Assembly: GCA_965212025.1 (NCBI GenBank)
Contig: OZ243039.1
Coordinates: 111,216 to 175,215, forward strand
Origin: Candidatus Oxydemutatoraceae bacterium
Lineage (GTDB): Bacteria; Pseudomonadota; Gammaproteobacteria; Poriferisulfidales; Oxydemutatoraceae
Length of the DNA: 64,000 bases
Reading direction: 5' to 3'
The notes beneath the pieces were generated by a model. That model saw nothing but the letters and a program-made list of their open reading frames with translations, was not told the DNA's origin and did no database searches. Positions 40,301-51,061 of the stretch are shown here, in pieces. Both the position numbers and the translations under genes were made by a program. The stretch's first letter is position 1, and each line of letters starts with the position of its first letter.

Positions 40301-41016
40301 TGTCAATGTTCCCTCCTGTAATACGGCCCGCGAGGCCACCAATGTAGTCACCGGTTCCAAAAACCGAACCTGTCGCGTAGCTGTCTCTGATGCGTAGAAT
40401 GTCACTGAATCCCACGAGGCCGCCAACATACTGACCCTCCCCGGAAACCGAACCCGTCGCAGAGCAGTCCTCTATCACACCTTCGTTGCTGACCAACCAA
40501 TGACCCTACGTATTCATCCCCGGTCGTACGCGAGCCGACCAGTATGATGCCTCTTAGCGTCGCACCTTTTGCCAATCGGGAGAACAGACCTACGTTGCGT
40601 TTCGGTACTACGATTGATCGTCAGCGAACTGATCACGTAATTGCGTGTGCTCACGAAAGAACCCGAAAATCCATTCTACCTGTCGCAGTACTTGCGATCG
40701 GCCTAAAACCCGCACCAATATTCCAAGTCTTGGTCTCACTCGCATTAATGTCGGCCACCAGAACGTAATGCGCTGTTAGGCTTGAACTGATGTCTTGTAA
40801 CTGACACAGCGTGGCAATTCGATAAGGGGTGCTGCTGCTTCCACTCCCCTCCTTCACCTTCATGGCAGATGTGCACCCATCGGAGGCCTGTACTAAGGCG
40901 GGCGACAGAGTGCAGAACAAAACAAGCAGCAGGCTGACACACGCTGCCTTTCCAAAATCCGTCAAGACCGCACCCAAAACCGCATGTCTGATACAACGAA
41001 CACCAAGTTTTGCCAT
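37368..41016 (-). pseudogene. Giant surface-protein gene A. It has a signal peptide, an N-terminal conserved domain (EDPYQIKRLCQLQD…), multiple about 20-aa Gly-rich 'NNSYATGSVSGxxDVGGLVG' (GLUG-like) repeats and a conserved C-terminus. It is disrupted near its 5' end (40500-40660) by indels
   Basis: The main ORF 37368..40496 is 1042 aa. The N-terminal fragment ORF 40651..41094 carries the signal peptide and the domain start, and the rest continues in shifted frames. A perfect 489-bp in-frame internal duplication occurs (37770-38258 = 38259-38747). Confidence 0.6.
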
Positions 41017-41939
41017 AAACCACCCCAACAACCAATAACAACAGACTAAAGACGCGGGACGACGATACGCCATATTGTGTCGCAAAGCAAACAAACGAAC
41101 CAGTCTTAGGAGCAGACCACTATGATACTACTTTTGGGGTAGATAAAAACACAATAAACAGGGTTATCCGCTCAGTAAAGCCTGGCCAAACAGCAAGCTG
41201 TCAATGGCTTTAAGCCTTTGGGGGGGAGGCAGAACAGGAAACAATGACCTGGCTTTTCGTCAGGTTTGGTGCGGGAGCGTTCCGGAAGCATCGTACGCCT
41301 GCCAGGCCACAGCATTCAGTCACTCACTGCCAAACATATTGTCAAACATTGGAGACTGTTGGGGGCATCAATGGCCGCCCGGAAAATCTGAAGGCAGTGA
41401 TAACACATGGGCGGGCTGATGGCAGGGAACGCCGGTGTCCCCGGCGCACATGTCTCACGCTGCTGTCTGGTGTCTTATCAGTTCCGAAGGATGGCTCCGA
41501 CTGCCACGCCACCCTCGGCTTCCGGGGAATAGTCCCCTGTTTACTTTCTCCTGACCAACAGATACAACATAATGCCGTGACCACTTTCATGGTATCGGGG
41601 CACCCAAATATTTACGACGAAGCTGGGATTATCAGGTCTTCCAATACCTTCTGTCAGCTCCCTCTCCAATAAGTCTATCAGGTTTAATAACACGGCTTTC
41701 ATGGATGGCAATCTCTTCCATAAAAACCTGGATAAACCAAGCTTGCCCGGGGGTCTTTTCTGCCTGAATACATACAAAGCCAGGCTCTTAATAAACCACA
41801 GACGTTTGCCATCAAGCCAGTACATTGACCGGCCAGCATTCAGGATTATTCCGGGTCAGCCTTTTCGCAGCCTTTTCTCGCCTCGCTCTTACCTGTCTGT
41901 CCTGCCTTTTCCGCTATCCCAAAGGAGTGACCGAACCTC

Positions 41940-44900
41940 CTACCGTACTGCACCTCCTAAATACACCCTCACACGCAGCGACATCGCGGAGGAGTCGGGG
42001 TCTCCTCCTCCTCCAGACCGTAATGTTGGCAGCTCATTGGCGGTGCCAAAATTCCAAACACTTCCGCTCCATCCGACGTATGTGACTGTGTCAGCCGGCA
42101 ACGGACACGTCTCACTGGACATTGCGTCAGGTGCGGTCGGACAGGCAAGCTCCTCAGAAGTACGCCTCTCGCCCCAACTGCTTTCCTGACCTGTGTATGT
42201 GTAGTAGCTGTTAACAATGTCACCTTCGCCACCTCCGTTAAATCCCACGAGACCACCAACATTGTCTCTCCCCTTTACTGTGCTAACTGCGTAGGTGTTA
42301 CTGATGCTGGCACCCTCACCATTACTTCCCACGAGACCACCAACATTGTCTCTCCCCACTACTGTGCTAACTGCGTAGGTGTTACTGATGCTGGCACCCT
42401 CACCATTACTTCCCACGAGACCACCAACGAGGTCAGTGCCTGTTAACGCATAGCTGTCAGTCCCACGAGACCGCCAACATTATTTACTCCTGTTACCGTA
42501 CTGGCTGCATAGCTGTTGCTGATGGAACCAAGGCTCTCTCCCATGAGACCGCCAACGTTGTTCACCCCTGAAACAGAACCCGTCGCATAGCTATCTGTGA
42601 CACTTGATGCGGCTTGGTATCCCACGAGACCGCCAACATCATTTACTCCTGTTACCGTACTGCCTGCATAGCTGTTGCTGATGGAACCAAGGCTCTCTCC
42701 CACGAGACCGCCAACATTATTGCCGCTTCCAAAAACTGAGCCTGTTACTGAGCATCCCTCTATCACACCCGCGCTGACACCAACCAATAACCCTACGTTA
42801 TTACGCCCGGTCACTCTTGAACCGACCAGTATGACGTCCCGTATGGTCGCACCTTCTGCCAATCTGGAGAACAGACCCACGTTGTCCGTACTACTGCGAC
42901 TGATCGCCAGCGAACGGATCACGTGGTTTCCCGGGTTCACGAAAGAGCCCCTAAAGTTTGCGATCGGCTCAAAACCCTCACCGTCATTCAGCATACTCGG
43001 GCTATTCCCATTAATCTCAGCAGCCAATTCGAAGTACGCTGTTGGTCTTGAACCGATGTCTTGTAACTGGCAGAGCCTCATGATCTGGTAGGGTTCGTCT
43101 TTGCTGCCCGAGCCGTTTGCCGACGCCAAGTCTTCGCCCGGCACCTGAGAGCATGCCGTTTCCATGGCGACAGTGATCAAGGTTCTTGCACCAGCAGGAC
43201 TTACAACTTCCAGAACAAAGCTACCCACATCATAAAGGTCAGGCGAACTGCGGCGCACCTCCACCTCAACAGCGCCTCCCGTTGTCGTACCGGTGAACAC
43301 TACAGTCGAACCTGCTGCTATGTCATCCCTGCTGAAAAAACCCCACGATAAACCGGCACCGTCAGAGTCAGAATTGTCGAGGTCAGTTGCGCTAAAACTT
43401 AAAGTGGTTCTGGTCGAACCATACTCTATCGATCTGATTTGCTCCATCCCGCCATCCACCATCGGGCTCCCCACATTCTGAATCAAAATCCGGTCATCAT
43501 CGGTGGAAACATTGTTCCCGAGCACAACATGAAAGCTCTTTCCGGCCAACCCTTTATTGCCCACTACCTCAAGCCTTACCGTACTGAAATCAGTCGTGCG
43601 GTCTCCGCCAACAGTCAAGGTTGTGCTGGTCATACCGCGTCCGAGGTCAAAGTAGACAAAATCGCTTAGCGAGTCCGGTATGCCGGAAAGAGACCACGTC
43701 AAAGTAACACGTTCTCCCGGAGTACCTGCGTAATCTACCTCCAAGGGAAGTTGCGTGACGTCCGCAAGATCTATTCTCACCACCAACTCGGTGGAACTTC
43801 TGATATATGGCTTCAGGTTCAACTCCGAATTCGGGTTGCCCAACAATTGCGGCAAGTCCGTAGTACTGCCAAAATTCCAGACACCCGCGTTCCAATCCCT
43901 GTAAGTCATCTCGCCGGAATCCAACGAACAAGTCGCGGTAACCGTCGTCGGACAACGCAGCTGCGCAAAGGTGCGTTCTTCCCCCAGACCATTGTTCCGC
44001 CCTCTGGCGGCGTAGTAACTGTTAACAACTTCATAGTTGCTAACAACTCCAGAATTCGAAACAGTTTGTCTCGCCGTTCCCACGAGGCCGCCAACATCAT
44101 CTCGCCCGGAAACCGAACCTGTCGCGTAGCTGTCTGTGATGCTTGAGCCACGTTGTTGTCCCACGAGTCCGCCAACATTTTCTCGCCCGGAAACCGAACC
44201 TGTCGCGTAGCTGCATAGCTGTTGTCGATGTCGGAAGTTTGAAACCCCACGAAACCACCAATGTTGTCACCGATTCCAAAAACCGAACCCGTCGCGTAGC
44301 TGTTGCTGATGGTTGAGCCGGAATTTAGATTCCCCACGAAACCACCAATGTTGTCACCGTTCCAAAAACCGAGCCCGTCGCGTAGCTGTGGTTGATGTCT
44401 GCGTTCCGTTGAATGCCCACGAGGCCGCCAACAAGAAAGATCGCCCGGAAACCGAACCCGTCGCATGGCTGTTGCTGATCCTTGGTCTGTAGGTTATGGT
44501 TACATGGTCGGCCGTGTCGCCGATTGTGAATCTCCCACTAGGCCGCCAACTTCTATTCCCCGGAAACCGAACCTGTCGCGTAGCTGTTGTTTATGATTGC
44601 ATCGCTTTTCCCACGAGGCCGCCAATAAATTTATCCCCAGAAACTGAACCCGTCGCATAGCTCTTGTTAATGGTTCCAATCAACAATACTTGACCTAAAT
44701 TCTGAAGCGTTGCATTGTTCTGTACTGCCCTTCCCACGAGGCCGCCAACACTTGCTCGCCCAGAAAACCGAACCTGTCGCGTGGCTGTTCTTTATGACTG
44801 CGACTCCTAGCATGGAAACCAACGAGGCCGCCAACATCAGATGTTGACCCGAAAACTGACCCCGCCGCAGAGCAGTCCTCTATCACACCTTGACTGTGAC

Positions 44901-45432
44901 CAACCAATGACCCGACTACACCAAGCGCGGTCGTACGTGAGCCGACCAGTATGATGCCTCTTAGCGTCGCACCTGCTGCCAATTGGGAGAACAGACCTAC
45001 GTAGCCTTCAGTACTACGATTGATCGTCAGCGAACTGATCACGTAATTGCGTGTGCTCACGAAAGAGCCAGAAAATCCAACTAAAAAGCCAAATCTAGTC
45101 GCAGTACTTGCGATCGGCCTAAAACCCTTATCTCTGTTCCAAGTCTTGGTCTTACTCGCGTTAATGTCGGCCACCAGAACGTAATGCGCTGTTGGGTTTG
45201 AACTGATGCCTTGTAACTGACACAGCGTGGCAATCTGCCAAGGATTGTTTTTGGTTCCACTCCCCTCCTTCACCTTCATGGCAGATGTGCACCCATCGGA
45301 AGCCTGTACAAAGGCGGGCGACAGAACGCAGGACAAAACAAGCAACAGGCTGACACACGCTGCCTTTCCAACATCTGTCAAGACCGCAACTGAAACCGCA
45401 TGTCTGACACGACTGACACCAAGTTTTACCAT
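41940..45432 (-). pseudogene. Giant surface-protein gene B, a tandem paralog of gene A. It is heavily degraded into at least four ORF fragments
   Basis: The fragments are 41940..42416 (C-terminus shared with gene A), 42443..44164 (573 aa, GLUG-like repeats plus middle domain), 43906..44466, and 44695..45504 (signal peptide MVKLGVSRVRHAVSVAVLTDVGKAACVSLLLVLS…). The repeats in 44200-44700 are decayed. Confidence 0.55.
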
Positions 45433-46235
45433 AAGCACTCCAACAGGCAATGACGGGAAACGAAAGACGCGGACAGCGATACGCCATATTGTGGCGCAAG
45501 GCAAAGAAACGAACCAGTCTTAGGAACAAGGTCATCATTCTACTACTTTTGGGGTAGATAAAAACACAATAAACAGGGTTATCCGCTCAGTAAAGCCTTT
45601 GGGGGGAGGCAGAACAGGAAACAATGACCTGGCTTTTCGTCAGGTTTGGTGCGGGAGCGTTCCGGAAGCATCGTACGCCTGCCAGGCCACAGCATTCAGT
45701 CACTCACTGCCAAACATATTGTCAAACATTGGAGACTGTTGGGGGCATCAATGGCCGCCTGGAAAATCTGAAGGCAATGACAAGCGGGTTGGACTGAGGC
45801 TGACATCGGGAAACGTCGACGAACTTTTTGGTAGGGAATTTGGAGGATATGCGGCCGGCCGGGGAAGTCCGCTGAAACCACACCAGAACGCCAAAGCTTT
45901 GGCGGGGAGGCTGATTGACCGAAATTGCAGAATATCCAAGATGGGGGGCTTAGTCCGTGATGCTTTGCGTCAGTACCCGGGTATGACCTGAAAACAGAAG
46001 AGCATGGGCAGGCTGCTGCAAACCATTGGCTGGACTTGTCAACACACCGGCGAAATAAACCAGTCCAGAGGTAGCGGACTCCACAGCGTCTTCCCTGTCG
46101 TACACGTCTGGAACCTTTCAGCGCCAAATTTCCCCAAGTCTGCATCACAGACTGGCGCTACGGCTTCATCCATCGTGGCATTAAACGAACGCACAATGCC
46201 AAGTGGCCAATGCTTCTGCTATACTCTTTCCGCAC

Positions 46236-46808
46236 ATGGCTTCCCTCCTTCCAATGCCACGTACGGCTACGTTTTCGAGCCTGGTTTTTTTTCTGCTGTT
46301 TGCAAGCGCGACACAGGCCGCCGACTTCGTAACCATCGACAATATCCAGAATCCGGTACGCCATGACACCGTCTACGTTCACACCAAGGCCAAGATCCTC
46401 CTGCCGTTCTGGGCCGAAAAAATGCTACGTGAAGGGGTTCCTTTGGAGTTCATTCTTGATATAGAAATTCGTGAGCACCGGGAATGGCTGCTGGACAAAC
46501 TGCTGGTCAACATCAGCGTCAAACGTCGCTTGGGATATCGGCCGGAAACCGAAAGTTACGTGGTGGAAAAGCTCCCTGGTGGCGATCATACATCGTTCGA
46601 AAAACTGGCTTCCGCATTGGGATATCTCGGAAATTACCACAACATTCCAGCCATTTCCGAAGAAATCGCCAGATCGTTAAAGAAACCATACGTCAGGGTA
46701 CGTGTGACCGTACCCAGAACAATTCTGCCACTGGACGCACAGTTGGAAAGTCTGATTTCCGGTCACTTTCTGCTTTCGTCTGGCTGGTATATAAAGGACT
46801 TGAGATAG
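46236..46808 (+). CDS. Secreted hypothetical protein (DUF4390-like)
   Basis: The signal peptide MASLLPMPRTATFSSLVFFLLFASATQA is present. The family assignment is tentative and from memory. Such genes usually neighbour rsmB. Confidence 0.4.
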   Translation: MASLLPMPRTATFSSLVFFLLFASATQAADFVTIDNIQNPVRHDTVYVHTKAKILLPFWAEKMLREGVPLEFILDIEIREHREWLLDKLLVNISVKRRLGYRPETESYVVEKLPGGDHTSFEKLASALGYLGNYHNIPAISEEIARSLKKPYVRVRVTVPRTILPLDAQLESLISGHFLLSSGWYIKDLR

Positions 46809-46976
46809 GCCTGCCTGCTCTCTTGATTTTGGAAGCAACAGTCAGGTCGCCAACTGCGCGGCAATTTTGGGCGCACACCTTCCGCCCTGCAAACTGACAA
46901 ACCGTCGTTCAGGCAGACAAATGAGAACCGATAGTCCGCGCATCCTGGTGGGCAGGGTATATGTGACACCACCGTC

Positions 46977-48350
46977 ATGAAAATTATCGTTCTTGGATCC
47001 GGGCAGATCGGTACTTCCCTGGCATCCATACTTTCCCGGGAACATCATGACATCACGCTCATTGGCACAGATGCGGAAAGACTACATGAATGCCAGAACC
47101 ATAATGATTTGCGCGTCGTGAACGGACACCCTTCCCACCCCCACGTTCTGGAACAGGCCGAGTCCGGAGACGCCGATATGATGGTTGCCTTGACGGGAAG
47201 TGATGAAACCAACATGGTGGCGTGCCAAGTGGCACACACCTTGTTCAATGTGCCGAAAAAAGTGGCACGGATTCGGGCGCTCTCGTACCACGAACGCCCG
47301 GATCTGTTCAGAAATGACGCCATCCCCATTGATTTCCTGATCAGCCCGGAAAAAATGGTTTCACAAAATCTTGCGCGGCTGATCAGGGTCCCGGGAGCCT
47401 TGCAGGTCGTCGAATTCGCTGCGGGGAAATTATTGCTCGTGGCGGCAAACCTGGGAGAGAACACTCAGCTGACAGGACGAACCCTGCGAGAGTTCAATAA
47501 TGTCTTGCCCGGCGTCACGGCTCGCGTAGTTGCCATCTATCGGAACAACCACATGCTGTTTCCGGACGGCTCACTGCGACTGAAATCCGGAGACGAAATA
47601 TTTTTTGTTGCCCCTGAAAAGCATGCCAAAACTCTGACGGCGGCTTTAAGTACCAATCATCGCCCGTCACGAAAAATTATTATCGCGGGAGGCGGATATA
47701 TCGGGAAAGATTTGGCGCAAATCCTGGAAGATGACCACAGCGTGAAGATAATTGAATGTGACAAGTCGCGCGCCAAATACCTGGCGTCTGTTTTGGACAA
47801 AGTCATTGTGTTGCGTGGCGATGCCACCAGCGAAGAAATGATGGAGCAGGAAGACATTGCAAGCACGGATATGTTTTGCGCGCTAACGAATGATGACGAA
47901 AACAACATTCTGTCGGCGATGCTCGCGAAGAGGCTGGGGGCACAAAAAGTTGTTTCCCTGGTCAGTCGGGCAAGCTACATCAACCTTATCCAGAGCGGTA
48001 CGATTGACATCGCAATCTCTCCCCAATACGACACTGTGGACGCGCTGTTACGGCATATTCGCCGCGGCGATATCGCCAGTGTGCATTCCATGCGCCATGG
48101 CAAAGCGGAAGTAATAGAAACCATCGCCCATGGCGACCATGAGAACTCTAAAGTGGTTTCGCGGACGGTAGAGGAAATCGACTTTCCAGACGGGGTCGTC
48201 ATCGGGGCACTCGTGCGAAACGACGAAACAATTATGGTACACAGAGACACGACCATAGAGTCCGGCGACCACATCATCTTGTTCGTCGGCGACAAAAAAC
48301 TGATCCCACAGGTGGAAAAACTGTTCCAGGTTAGCGCGACGTTTTTCTAA
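46977..48350 (+). CDS. trkA: Trk potassium uptake protein TrkA (two NAD-binding plus two TrkA-C domains)
   Basis: MKIIVLGSGQIGTSLA… and a second KIIIAGGGYIGKDLA Rossmann motif. Length 457 aa. Confidence 0.85.
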   Translation: MKIIVLGSGQIGTSLASILSREHHDITLIGTDAERLHECQNHNDLRVVNGHPSHPHVLEQAESGDADMMVALTGSDETNMVACQVAHTLFNVPKKVARIRALSYHERPDLFRNDAIPIDFLISPEKMVSQNLARLIRVPGALQVVEFAAGKLLLVAANLGENTQLTGRTLREFNNVLPGVTARVVAIYRNNHMLFPDGSLRLKSGDEIFFVAPEKHAKTLTAALSTNHRPSRKIIIAGGGYIGKDLAQILEDDHSVKIIECDKSRAKYLASVLDKVIVLRGDATSEEMMEQEDIASTDMFCALTNDDENNILSAMLAKRLGAQKVVSLVSRASYINLIQSGTIDIAISPQYDTVDALLRHIRRGDIASVHSMRHGKAEVIETIAHGDHENSKVVSRTVEEIDFPDGVVIGALVRNDETIMVHRDTTIESGDHIILFVGDKKLIPQVEKLFQVSATFF

Positions 48351-49798
48351 TGCGTTCGCTACTGGTCCCCAGGACTCTCGGCATCCTGTTGATGTTTTTT
48401 AGTAGCGGGATGCTCATACCTCCCCTTTTGGCGTTGGCTTACAACGAAGCTCAGGGTTGGGTTTTTCTTGTCGGTTTCGCTATCACTTTCTTAAGCGGCG
48501 CTCTGCTGTTTCTGCCAGCGCGAAATGCGCGCGGCAACATGACCTTACGTGAGGGCTTTTTAATCGTCGTATTGTTCTGGATCGTCCTGGGTCTTTATGG
48601 AGCCCTGCCCTTCCTGCTTTATCGGACGCCCGATATTTCCGTTTCCAACGCCGTGTTTGAATCCTTTTCGGGACTGACCACCACTGGTGCAACTGTGCTA
48701 TACGGGCTGGATGACATGCCCCGTGCCCTGCTGTTTTATCGCCATTTGCTGCAATGGATTGGCGGACTCGGGCTCATTGTGCTGGCGATCGCGGTTTTGC
48801 CCATACTCGGCGTCGGCGGTATGCAATTATTCAAAACCGTAACTCCGGGGGCGATTCGAGACCAGAAATTCACACCGCGCATAAAAGTCGCGGCACAGAT
48901 GCTCTGGTACATTTACCTTGCCCTGACTGCCGCTTGCGCTTTGGGCTACTGGCTCGCCGGCATGTCTCTTTTTGACGCGGTCTGCCACTCTTTTTCCACC
49001 ATCTCAATCGGTGGCTTTTCAACCCATGACGAAAATTTCGGATACTTTGACGGCTTCTGGATAAAAGCTGTTGGCATCTTTTTCATGCTCATTGCAGCCA
49101 CAAATTTCTCTTTGCATTTCATGTTTTTCCGGCGGCGATCCCTCAGACCTTACCTGGCGGACCATGAACTGAAGACTTTTCTGCACATCATCGCTCTGGT
49201 GTCGGTATTGACAATTCTTTACCTGGCACTCAGCAACACTTTGGCAACTGAAGAAGCCATGATGCAGGGGGCTTTTCAAGCGGTGTCCTTTGCGACCACC
49301 ACCGGCTACACGACCGCGGATTTCAGCTATTGGCCTGGCTTTGTGCTTTATTTCCTGATACTTGCCAGCTTCATTGGCGGCTGCGCCGGTTCAACAGCCG
49401 GAGGATTAAAAGTGTTGCGCTTTCGCCTCCTGATCAAGGAATGTTCGCGCGGATTCTTCTGGCTAATCCATCCTCGAGCCGAAGCCCCATTGAAATTTTC
49501 CGGTAAAATTATTCCGGAAGCGACCATGCGCTCAGTGTGGCGTTTTTTTTTCGTCTACATTCTGGTCTTTTTCATACTCATGCTGTTCCTGCTGGCTCTC
49601 GGCTTGCAGCCAGACAGCGCTTTCTCGGCAGCTGCGGCAATGTTGAACAACCTGGGGCCGGGGCTGAATGAAGTCGGTGCCAATTATGCACTGGTCAGCG
49701 CTCCCGGAAAATGGGTGATGTGTCTGGCAATGCTGCTTGGCAGACTGGAGATTTTTACATTGCTGGTCATTTTCACGCCGCGCTTCTGGAGTCGCTGA
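48350..49798 (+). CDS. trkH: Trk potassium uptake protein TrkH
   Basis: A 482-aa polytopic protein with TrkH-type selectivity-filter-like repeats (…GFSTHD…, …TTTGYTTADF…). Confidence 0.8.
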   Translation: MRSLLVPRTLGILLMFFSSGMLIPPLLALAYNEAQGWVFLVGFAITFLSGALLFLPARNARGNMTLREGFLIVVLFWIVLGLYGALPFLLYRTPDISVSNAVFESFSGLTTTGATVLYGLDDMPRALLFYRHLLQWIGGLGLIVLAIAVLPILGVGGMQLFKTVTPGAIRDQKFTPRIKVAAQMLWYIYLALTAACALGYWLAGMSLFDAVCHSFSTISIGGFSTHDENFGYFDGFWIKAVGIFFMLIAATNFSLHFMFFRRRSLRPYLADHELKTFLHIIALVSVLTILYLALSNTLATEEAMMQGAFQAVSFATTTGYTTADFSYWPGFVLYFLILASFIGGCAGSTAGGLKVLRFRLLIKECSRGFFWLIHPRAEAPLKFSGKIIPEATMRSVWRFFFVYILVFFILMLFLLALGLQPDSAFSAAAAMLNNLGPGLNEVGANYALVSAPGKWVMCLAMLLGRLEIFTLLVIFTPRFWSR

Positions 49799-49807
49799 TC
49801 CGTAGTG

Positions 49808-50227
49808 TCAGGGTCTTAGCACAGCCAGAAACACGATAAGAAACAAGCCCACCACTGGCAATTCATTAAACCATCTGTACCAGTTATGGCTGTGCGTGTT
49901 CCCGCGATTGGCAAAGCGCTTCAATAAAACCCCACACTGAAGGTGGTAAACAAGCAACAACGCGATGATTGCCAGCTTGGCAAAAATCCAGACTCCGGTG
50001 CTGTACACAGCCCAGGAAGGCAGTAAAACCAACAGACCAAACAGCAGGCTCAGCACTGCGCTGGGGGACATGATGCCGTAATACAGTTTGCGCTCCATGA
50101 CGGCAAACCGTTCCAGACTGATTTCGTCCTGCGCCATGGCATGATAGACAAACAGGCGGGGTAAATAGAAAAGCCCCGCAAACCAGGTAACGGCAAAAAT
50201 GATGTGCAAGGCCTTCAGCCACAACAT
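49808..50227 (-). CDS. hemJ: Protoporphyrinogen IX oxidase HemJ (CopD/UPF0093 family)
   Basis: MLWLKALHIIFAVTWFAGLFYLPRLFVYHA… is a strong match to the HemJ N-terminus. Length 139 aa with 4 TM segments. Confidence 0.8.
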   Translation of the reverse strand: MLWLKALHIIFAVTWFAGLFYLPRLFVYHAMAQDEISLERFAVMERKLYYGIMSPSAVLSLLFGLLVLLPSWAVYSTGVWIFAKLAIIALLLVYHLQCGVLLKRFANRGNTHSHNWYRWFNELPVVGLFLIVFLAVLRP

Positions 50228-50279
50228 AGGGACTCACTGACTGTTAACACGGGCAACACGAGCGCATTGTCAGCCAAAC

Positions 50280-50355
50280 TGGTGGAGCGAAGGAGATTCG
50301 AACTCCCGACCTTCGCGATGCGAACGCGACGCTCTCCCAACTGAGCTACCGCCCC
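50280..50355 (-). tRNA. tRNA-Ala (anticodon read as CGC; G3:U70 present)
   Basis: The reverse complement reads GGGGCGGTAGCTCAGTTGGGAGAGCGTCGCGTTCGCATCGCGAAGGTCGGGAGTTCGAATCTCCTTCGCTCCACCA. Confidence 0.7.
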
Positions 50356-51061
50356 ACGAGGCATCAAAAACCAAATTTGAGCCAGGCAAGCTGATTAAGA
50401 AAACACTTGAAATTCGCCACGCACAAAGCCGGTTTGTCCTGCGATGCTAAACCCTCGCACCTGAAATCGTCAAGGAAGACCATCCAGGTGATGCGCCGGA
50501 ATTCTGTTCGCGCATCACAACATCACGGCATCACGGCATCACGGCATCACGATATGCAGGAATCCTCAAGAGCGAGTCAATACCTGTGACCTTGTCGAAA
50601 GCTGTGGGATCTGCGGTCATCTTGTGTCAGGAAAAAGCAGTACGGCCAGGCTGCAGAACGAGCCGCACCTTGCTTGGGAAGTGAATGTGCACCTCGGAAT
50701 TGATAACCTCAAGGACAGGATTAGATCGCAAGTGCGGGGTTCGCGGACTTATTCCGCCGGGATTTTTGACTATGATGGGCGGTGCATACGTCATGCTGTT
50801 CTGCAGGTTGATAGCGACACTGTCGGAACCGTGTCAATTCTTTGCAGGAGAATTTTGCAACCCGGGCGTTCTCAGCTGGCGTAAGGGTGCCGGCTGACGG
50901 TGCCCACGTGCCCCCGCAAACATTTGTTAAAGGTGGCAGAAACAACCCTGATGCTGATAAAGGAAGGTTAACCGGTTCGCATTCCGGTCAGGCTTTCCTG
51001 GCATCGGAAAGCACGGGGAAGACCCCTGCCAATACCCCAAACATAAGCCGTTGGATTTAAA

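Noticed and set aside
45599-45991. 130-aa ORF in the conserved 5' flank of giant gene B
   Set aside because: The matching flank of gene A (41204-41440) has no equivalent intact ORF, and the composition is atypical. The conservation is more likely at the DNA or RNA level.
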